Assembly: GCA_000934665.2 (NCBI GenBank)
Contig: JYFJ02000814.1
Coordinates: 1-64,000 of the forward strand
DNA: 64,000 bases
Direction: 5' to 3'
Source of the DNA: Catajapyx aquilonaris
Taxonomy: Eukaryota
Of this stretch, positions 54,758-64,000 are shown piece by piece. Under the pieces are notes generated by a model. It was not told where the DNA came from. It was given only the letters and a program-made list of their open reading frames with translations, and searched no databases. The position numbers and the translations under genes are program-made. Each line of letters begins with the position of its first letter. Position 1 is the stretch's first letter.

Positions 54758-56619
54758 CAAGAAATTTATTGAGAGATGGCATCACCTAATAAAGCACTGC
54801 AGACTTGAGCAGTGCACCACCCTGTACTGTACATACTAAAATCATGTGAAATTGATATCCTGCAATTCGCACACGGAAAACATTACAAATCGTGTGGAAT
54901 GTGCCTTGGCCCAACTAGTGTCAGGGTCTACTTCACATCCATGTTGATCGACAGCCATAAAAATAGTTTCACGATACGATATGGCCTAATAATTATTCAA
55001 TATGCCCATCATTTCTGCTACATTGAATTTGTAATAAAAAATAAAAAATAGTAGCTATCTGCAAGTATTGTGCTGCCACCTTTCTCACAGGGACTGAACT
55101 AACCATGTATATCTCCCTCTAACTTGATAGTGGACAGTGGCGGTAATTGAATCGGTGATTTTGAAAAGGGCAAGATTCAATGCCCTTTTCATGTGAATAT
55201 TGCCCTTTTCAAAATGACCTATTCAATTGTCTAATATAACTTATGGATTTAAAGTGCTTGTGTTCTCCTACGTTTTTATTAGAGCGTTGTGGTGCATTTA
55301 TATGGGTTCCACAATCGCCAGAAAAATGTTTTCTTGGGGACTAAGTCAACGGCTCTGAATTTTGCCTGCTGTTTTAGACACCGGTATGTTACCATGCTGT
55401 CTAGCTATGGACATACCACATGGCATTGTGGTATTATACACAACCCCCTCTTTGTATGTCGTCCACGCCATGAGTGCCAAGTTGCCCACCCCTTATCTTT
55501 ATCCCCTGCGAACAACAGCACATAAATTGTAATGCACATTTTTAATGATAGCAGGTTACTTCACCCCCTGCATTGTTTCAACCTCCCCGACTCAAGACAA
55601 AGGACTCCCTCCCCATATATTTCCCACACTGAAGACCTCCCCATTCGCCATTAAAGCCCATAAGTGAAGTCCCCTCAGGTATAGGGGGGGCAGGTAAGGT
55701 CGATAGTTGCAGGCTGGGAGGGGCAAAAGTGGGCCTTGCAAGGCGGAAGAGGGTTTGCTGGGGAGGGTTACTGGTGGTGGTGGTGGGGGATCTGAGAGGA
55801 GGGGAGTTTTCCACCTGGCCAGACAAGGTCCCCCATTCAGGTGAGGGGGATGGTCGATGTTGTTGCTGCTACAACCAGTGATTCCTCAGTGGTCGACTAC
55901 TGAAGACTATAGTGATTTTTAAATGGTACTGTAGTTAAAAACATCCACAGGAAGAAGTGCGGTCATTGTCCTCTGGATATACATTGAAGGTAGGATTGTT
56001 TGTGAAGAATAAGCCTTAGGGGGTGGTGGGAGGGATGTGTTGTTTTTGTGTCAACAAGTGCTTATCTAAATCCTGGGTCAAATGTGGGGCAAGGTTACGA
56101 TGCACTTCAACACGTAACACTAGTGCACATTTTTAAAATAATAATTTTAAAAGACGAATTCCATGTGGCTAGTTATGCATTTCAATGCGGTCATTAGGCA
56201 GCTCCAATTGCACATTCCATCGGATGCGGATGATAATGGCTCAGAGTATACAACAATGGTGCTAGGCTTCCTATTTTCTAGGGGTGTCGGAAGTGTTGAG
56301 AAACTGTGGAGAAGGGGTTTTTTATTTTTTCTTTATCGGTGGTGATCGTACGTTTCAAAACAATTTTACGGTCACGTACTCCCTAATTGACTCGGAGCTC
56401 TACTTGAAGTTATTACTGCCGTGTTGGGTATGTAATAATTCATTCACATACTGTTCCGTATAACTAGAATAGACATATATGACGCGTTACAGACTTATGA
56501 TTGCCCATACCGGTAATGCAATAATAAATTATTTTGTAAACAATACTGAACCCATAATGTGGGGTAGGTCCAGTATGTCCAGTTGGAAGACACACCACGA
56601 TGGTTTTAATTTCCGGAAA

Positions 56620-57980
56620 AGTGGAGCAGAAGGTTTCACTTGTATTGCGCAATTCTCTCTCTCTCAAAAAAAGCTGGTTTTGCACTCTTGATAAAGTACT
56701 TCCTTGTCTGGTGGCCAGCCCTTGGTTTTGACAGTACCGGCAAGCACCGTTGTAACTCCTGGCAAAAATCCGTCCTCGAATTAACAGCACGTTTTACAGT
56801 CAACAAATTGAACCGGCTGGCCCACTACCTTAGTGTGATATAAGTTCGCCAAAAAGGTTAAAGACCTTTACCACTAGTTTTTTGTGTGTGTAAAGTCAAG
56901 ACCTTTTTGGCAGCACGAACTTCCGTCTGACGAATGAAAAATTCTCAAAGTGCATTTCCTGCAGGTAGTTTTTTGATTGCATCCGCCAGGGGTTGGCGTC
57001 TTTACCACGGGGTTCACACTTCTGATAACAAGGATGCCACATGGCCATGGTGGTCCGGAACGCCCGGAAGATCAGTCCTAAGAATTGGTGATTCATGGTC
57101 AGTGTTGACCGCATTGTGTGTCACTCTTATGTGCAATCACTTTCCCATGACCTCTTTTCTTGAGGGCCAAGTGCAAAAGGCCATCAACCAACCCACCTAA
57201 AAGAGACTTGCAATAATCATATTTGCTTACTTTTATGTCACAAGTGAAAACCAGTGTACGTCACCGGATACATGCTGTGATATCTACGACAGCTTTCTAA
57301 ATACTCGGGTCTATGTGAATGCCACTTAGAACAGGAAGTGGCAATTAGGAAGTGCAAAAGCGATCCAGCCATGACTGCTGCTAGTATTTTAATCGTCAAT
57401 TGAGGGCCAATTAAGTCCTCTCTCTCTCTCAACTTAACACAACAAGCAGAAAGGACATGAGAAGCTGAGCATACCCAAATCATGGGACCTGATCTCATAT
57501 GTCCGTTAGATTCTTCCGCATTATGACGTTATTGTTTCAACTTTAAGTTAAGGTGTGCATATTATAGATGGGATGTACGAAGATGATTGAAATTATGATG
57601 AAAAGGAATGGAAAGTTATGTTGCATCATATTGAGGTGTATAGCAGGTTACTTTTGCACTTGCCAAACACCGATCAATGTCACATCAGACCAGCAAGGCG
57701 CCATAACCAGATATGATTCATGACGTGTCATCACCAAACAAAGGACCCACACGTGGTTCTTTAAAAAAAAATGGCGGACATTATCATCAAGCAAGGCCAG
57801 ATGGTAGCCGTCGCCACTAATTGTCTTGGATTGCAAATTCTGACCCTGGCTGAGGAGGGACATTTGGAGACAACAAAAAAGAGGGGCAATGACGTCACTT
57901 GTTCAAGTGCAACCGAGCAGGAAGCTAGATCTTGCTTTGCTACCACCAAGTGTGGTTTCTTCGCCTTGGCTCACTTCTGG
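56620..57980 (-). mobile_element. Degraded Gypsy-type LTR retrotransposon pol relic
   Basis: Broken-frame motifs in the expected order: RVRIC and KTISGDGYHLALLDD (RT); SASHVLSA..ERE and VNTDHE (RNase H); LADAIKKLP; TKGWPPDKE. Confidence 0.55.
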
Positions 57981-60900
57981 TAGCAAAGTGGACCAGAAGA
58001 TGTGAACCTGAGTGATTGGGCGACTGGTTGGAGGGGAATGTGAAACACTGAAGGTTGCCATTGGAGCCTACAAGCGTCAGAGCCTGATCGCCTTGCCTTG
58101 AGACCCTAAAGGGGGTTATTAGTTGTGAGGGTTTGTCTTGTATGCGCCCACCAAACTTTTTTTTTTCAATTCAAAGTTCAATGATATGTCTGATATGTAC
58201 AAATATGATACGCACCAAGGATGACCATGTTGGCTTAAATGATAAGTTATGTACCGGCCGGTACTGTAAAGTACACAAACATTGACAGTGGTCGATCCTC
58301 ACCGATAATATATTGAAAAAAATTAAAATTCTAACAGAAATTTGAATTCGATATCGATACATATTGCAAAATTTGGTCGATATATTGTAATATTCAGGCC
58401 CGGACACCTTCTTAAAAAAATATTTCAAAAGTGCCCCACATTTTTTTTAAAGATTGTAAGTACCGTTAGAGGCTACTTTGTACCACTTTTTAATATTATT
58501 GGTTGAATCTTCGTGTTGGCAGAAAACAGATGCGAAAAGAGACCATGTCGAAACGGTATCCACGCTCGCAATTAACGGGGTTGTCTTCCACATGAGTCAG
58601 GCGATCGGACTCACGGTACTAAAGAAAACGCAGGTACTACAAAAAAAAGGGTCAGGATTATTTTCAAACTGCTTTAGGGCAGAGGGTCATCAGGAGGAGT
58701 TTGTGGTCAGTATTATTTCCTCTAATTATAAACCGTGGCGATGAACTTTAAATGTCAGATATTTGCTATATTTTTTTTNGGGGGAGGTTCTAAATGCCAA
58801 CATGGGACGCATTGCGTGTGCCGTAATTGCATAGTACAGCTTTAGGTCTTGGGCTATTATTTTGCTATAAAAGTAACATTAAGTTGGTCAACACGACATG
58901 AATATTGATAAAGCGGATTTCAGGCCTAATTAGCATAGTTATCTGCTTTAGGAAGAGTTATTGAAAAGGTCGTTATTTTGTTAGGATTGTTAGCCGGATA
59001 ATCGGAGCAGTAGCCAATAAACGAACAATTACTTGAAGGACACACGTCAACCAAGCTCAAATGAAGTTTCCAGGCACGTCCAATTACACCTGCATGGTTG
59101 AAGACTGTAAACCGTAACATTACCATCGCATGACATCCAGTTGGGAAAAAATGGGTTTCAAATAGTATATGCACGCATACTAACCTAAATATGTATGGTA
59201 AGTTCTATTTTAAAATGATTATACAAAATATACGGAATAGTGTAAGGAATACACTATCTTCAGTTTAACATGTACGTACTACGTGACTGTATAGCATGTA
59301 CTACGTGCACTTTCACCTGTATATTCATAGTCTACAATGTTTTTCCGCGAGAAAGTGACGCATTTTGACTTTTTCCTTCAAGAAACGCCAACCAATTAAA
59401 ATTGCCCTAATTTTAAAGCGCAGAGAAAATATTTTTGAGCATCACCCCGTAAAATAGTTGGTAAAAAAAAGTCAAGGGCAATTCAAAACACATGCAGGTC
59501 CGGCGGTTAAAATGTACAGTACAGTAATTACTGTACAAAAGTGGCCCGACTTAAAGGTCAGGTTGAGCCAGACGAGAATGGGGGTTAGACATAAGTACAA
59601 AAAAAGTGATGCATGTGAGGATATCTGGGCTATCTGTGTATATACTTGTATGACGGTACCGTTCGAAAAAGGTGCCATCAAAAACAGGCGGAAGTTGACG
59701 CTGCCGTTCGGTGACCAGCTGCTGCCTCGTCAAGAGAATGGTCTACCGTTGCGTATATTCATTATGGTGACAGGTGGTCTAACTATGATGGAACACGCAA
59801 GTTAAAATTTGGACACCTATTTATTTTTGATAACAACATTTACATAAACAGTGCTGAATGGAAAAAATAATTTTGAATCTGGAATAAAATTGACACAAAA
59901 TTTGATTAAATGCCTGAAAATCACTCAAAATATCTCAGCACGTACCCAACAATGGCCATACTAGCTATGGTCTTATCCGGTGTCGTCCTTGGCTGTATTG
60001 TGCGATTGTAACAATGTATTATGTGTATGGTCGAACCATCCTGCTGTCGTAATTCGGTATGGGAACAAGGAGGTCACTTTTACTTTTTTTCCCCCCCCCC
60101 ATACCATTTTCGTCCACTGTTGTTACTATCTCTCTCCATTTTTACACGTCCTGTAAACCAAGATTTGGAATGCGCCTTTTTGAATCGTGACAATCCTCTC
60201 CCATTTCGAGCATTGTTTAATTCGTAGCCTCTGGGAACGCTTTCATGGTGGAGTAATATAAAGGGCGAAAGGACCTCCTCTCGTTATTATTATTACTGGA
60301 GTCATATATGGTCAGAGTCCTTCTGGACTCTATTTCTATCGGTGCCAGCAGGTAGGTAGGCCAATACTATCGACTTGTCGCCTATCACTTATGCAGGTGC
60401 TGAAGAGGGTCAATGGTAGGCGGGAACTGACTCTTCCGGTATGATTTATTCATTGGAAAAAATCACCCATAATGCCTCTATAATAATTAGGTTAAGTCAA
60501 CACGATTTGCACGATTTTTTTGCATTTGTACGAGTACATGTAAATACCTGCGATTACAAAGGAGTCACCCAGAGGGACCTACGTGGGTGCGTGTTAATAT
60601 CCGCAAATCAGCGTGACGTACCTGATTGCCAATTGCGGATGTTTGCATGGTACGTTACTAAAATACTGTGGTTCAAATGCATGTGTGTCCCCCAATCCTT
60701 GCTTCAAGGTTGTTTAAATACGGAACTATTGACTAGACCTCGTGTGGAACTGCAGTCGTATAATGGCTATAACGCTATCAGCCCTATAGAATCTGTTGGC
60801 GTCCTGACATGCAACGTGTAATGACCACTAATGAACCATAGCCCCAGATTTTTAAAAATCAACCCAACAACTAAGACAAAAACGACCATGTGAACCCTCC

Positions 60901-63099
60901 ACCAGTAAATGTGAATGACCCTTCCAGCACCATTGCATAAACCGCATCCGGAAGGCCAAAATGATGGTACGTTCCGGTCCGAGTCCATCTTTGCTCGGTG
61001 GCAATTTGATGTAGAGAAGAAAGAGCGGACGTGCCCCATGAACCAGGGCGGCCCTGTTCGCCTTACCCATACACCCCTGATTCCTGTGACACGCTATTGT
61101 AATGGCCGGGTTCGGCCATAGAAAAGGTCACACCTGGCACCACTGTCAACCGCCACCAACCGCCATCCGCCAACGGTTCATAAATCCGCCATCTTTAGTA
61201 CCCGTCCACGTGTAGGTTGAGCACAAATTAGGGTAAATATGTACAAATAATTTTAGTAGATCCGGTCTGGATAAGTTCCAGCCATAGATCCGTTACGTTC
61301 CATCGGGCGTTCTCATTGCATGACATTGCTTCATTCCGGCTGTACCATTATTCCAGGATAACATTGCTTTTTTTACACTTTCACGAACGCGGATTTTTTC
61401 AGAGGGGGAAAAAAAGCCTGAGTGTGACTGAACTTTAAGGAACCATTTTTGTGGACAGGATTGGATGTGGTCTTTCTCTGGTTCATTGCTTCAAATGGTA
61501 GAATTCACGGGTTGATATGGGTTTTTCGAGCGTGAAGTTAGAAAAAAACAGAAAATGTGGAGGGTTCTCACGATTGTTGCTGTACAGTACGGTATGTCTA
61601 GCCCCTATATGTAACAAACTGGAGACAATAACAAGAAATGTTGCGTCACCAGTATCCATCAATAATGTCATATTTTGGGCCTGTACATTATTTGTACAAG
61701 TTTTATACAAAACAATGCACATTTTTGTGCAAACCTGTCAAGCATAAATTGCTTATGCAATATGACGATACGCATAAATGAATATGAAATTCTTGATTCC
61801 ACATGAGATATTTCCTAGGTTGCCTTACGATTGCCTCGTTGTTTTGAACTAATTGCCACTCCTAGTATGAATTAGAGTATACAAAATTAGCTTCCAGTGG
61901 GTCAAACTTTCTTTCTCCTTTTGTTGGTGCGCGTTCAACCATGGATTATCTAGTATTACGCTAAACTACTATTCTTGAATGGAGAGTGATTGTTATCTTC
62001 CTGTAGATGTTACAACTGCTGGACTGTAGTAAAAATAGCCAGTGTGATTCCATATGGGAAAAATAATGTTGCATGCAATTTTTATTGAAATGTTTGAATT
62101 AATGTGAATTTGTTGATATTCAATTCAATTAAATTAATATCTAGTTACAGTAGCCTATTAATTAACAGTAGCATGAGTTGGACTGAAACGTGCCGGAACA
62201 CCATTTATGCTTGAAAATATTGGCAATTACAGCATCTGCACACATATTACCATAACAATAAACATTTTTACCACTTTTTAGACACGGAAAAAGGAAGGCG
62301 TTTTGGTCTAATATTTAACTACCACTATTTCCAATCGACTGCCAAACTTTTGACCTTATTTCCCTAAACAGTTTGTTGTTTACAAAACAAAAGTTTTTCC
62401 TTGAAACAGCCATTTCTGGCGACTCATCATCAATATGGAAACATTTGTATAGAGGTCATTTTTTTGCTTAACAACAACAATTCCAATCGCAGTGACTAAC
62501 TAAAAAAGCTACTCAGAACCTCTAATGACTAATCGCCTATTAACAAATCTATTCCAACCAAAGAAATGCAAGATCAGGCAACACCTTCGCGTGTCCAATC
62601 CCTTACATTTATTCCAAACCCAATGTCCCCCTAAGGCTAAGGGGACATGATGATGAAGTGAATCCGCCATCTTGATATTTTTCCCCCTTTGTTGGAACTA
62701 TCCTGTCAAGGTTTTGAGCTTAGAAAAAAAAATGAAGTATGCAAATGTTTATGTGCAGTGAGAGTTAGAATGCTTATTAGATCATGGGCGTGAAATGGCC
62801 CTCCTTTCTCTGCTTTTTCGAGGGAGAGTTGAAGGTACGTGAGCTGCTTATGGAGAGTTATGAATGGAGGAAAATTTTAGTGGTGAAAATAAATTCACTT
62901 TTTTTAACCACCTGGTACGTGATGCATATCAACAAGATGAGTCAGTGTTATCACAGATTAATTTAATAATTATTTTAGTAAACTGCTATTAATCACCGCT
63001 ATTTTTAAACAGAGCATCTTGCTGTACACCTGAAACCGGTTTATGTTTTTCAATGACGCTTCGACATTGGTAATTTCATGACCTTTCCAGACAAGGACA

Positions 63100-63450
63100 A
63101 CCAACTCGAGAGGTATGTCTCACATCCGGACCGTTCTGTTTCCCTCCACAACCGCTCTTTGTCTCGTATCCGTGAATAATCTCGAGCAAAATGACGTATC
63201 TTAAACCACATTTCGTTTTGTTCTTGAGGTCGTGGTTTTTCCTCTTCTTTCCTGACCGGAGGTTGAATAGTCTCAAATCAGGGTCAATACTCAGTGCGTA
63301 TCAACTTCTTTTGTTTATTACTACTAAGTTTTTTTGTTTGTATGCAAAGCATGTATTAATAGGAGTAGAGGTCATGTCGGACTTTAGAGTGAGTGAACCT
63401 CCTGCATTTGGAACATGCACTAAAACCATTCCTGGTTTGAACGTTAAGAA
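63100..63450 (-). mobile_element. Possible hAT transposase relic (BED-finger region)
   Basis: NGFSACSKCRR followed by TSTPINTC and KCGLRYVILLEIIHG in shifted frames; weak. Confidence 0.3.
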
Positions 63451-64000
63451 TATTTTTTTTTTCCTTCTTCCATAGGGTGACCTTCGAAAAGGTGGTTGGC
63501 TCCAGAAGATGCTGGGCTTGGGGTTGTCGTGCATGGTATTTTCTAACTATGGAGCACCAGCTTTTAGGTTGACCTCATTGGCCTTGGGTTGAAAAAGAGT
63601 GGTATTACGGTGAGACGAAGCGGTTTTACTTAACATATGTATACCATTTTTTTTTGAAAGTTTACCTGAGTAAATATGCCGTCAAGGACTTGGTCGTATT
63701 GATCTGGTGTTGCAGTATGTGCATGCAAATTGTATTAGTTATTTACAGTGTGGCTCACTCTTTCATATTTGAAGACAAATCGAATATTTTCTGCTCAATT
63801 TTTAATTGAAATTTTTTGACACTAAAATTTTAATTACTTCAATTTGTTATTTTCTCAACTAAACATGTGATTGATTTCATAGCTATTTCCTGGTTCGTTC
63901 AACCAATTATTGTGCATATTCCCAATAATAAATTCCAAGCAGGAAAAAAGCTGCAATTACAATGTCAGCAGCCCGTACCAGTGTTGATAGCACACAAGGG

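Noticed and set aside
60880..61040. SF...FWPSG motif reminiscent of CR1/L2 ORF1
   Set aside because: Too short, with no adjacent endonuclease or RT remnant.

Overview
Eukaryotic, arthropod-like genomic DNA: compact 50-100 nt GT-AG introns, an AAP(V) cuticle protein and an OBP-like gene. It is not prokaryotic, and I saw no CRISPR array, tRNA or rRNA. Spliced genes rebuilt by hand, in order: an 8-Cys odorant-binding-protein-like gene (+); Notum (+, 12 coding exons); MSH2 (+), with an antisense secreted hexapeptide-repeat gene nested in its intron 2; two tandem IAP/BIRC genes (-), one with 2 BIR-UBA-atypical RING and one with 3 BIR-UBA-RING; a small cuticle protein (-); a U1 snRNA; mitochondrial thiolase ACAT1 (+); and a C5orf63-like glutaredoxin starting about 20-55 nt after the ACAT1 poly(A) signal. 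The rest is MITEs, SINE, mariner, Gypsy and hAT relics and foldbacks. Best leads: (i) the glutaredoxin has no room for its own promoter and probably borrows a first exon or targeting peptide from inside ACAT1; (ii) a perfect 19-bp stem buries the start codon of a predicted long IAP isoform; (iii) the nested repeat protein has an 11-mer amphipathic tail; (iv) two foldbacks are built from mariner transposase sequence; (v) the duplicated IAP has a non-canonical RING. All calls come from reading the sequence; no searches were run. G-rich tracts contain Ns, so local sequence errors are likely.
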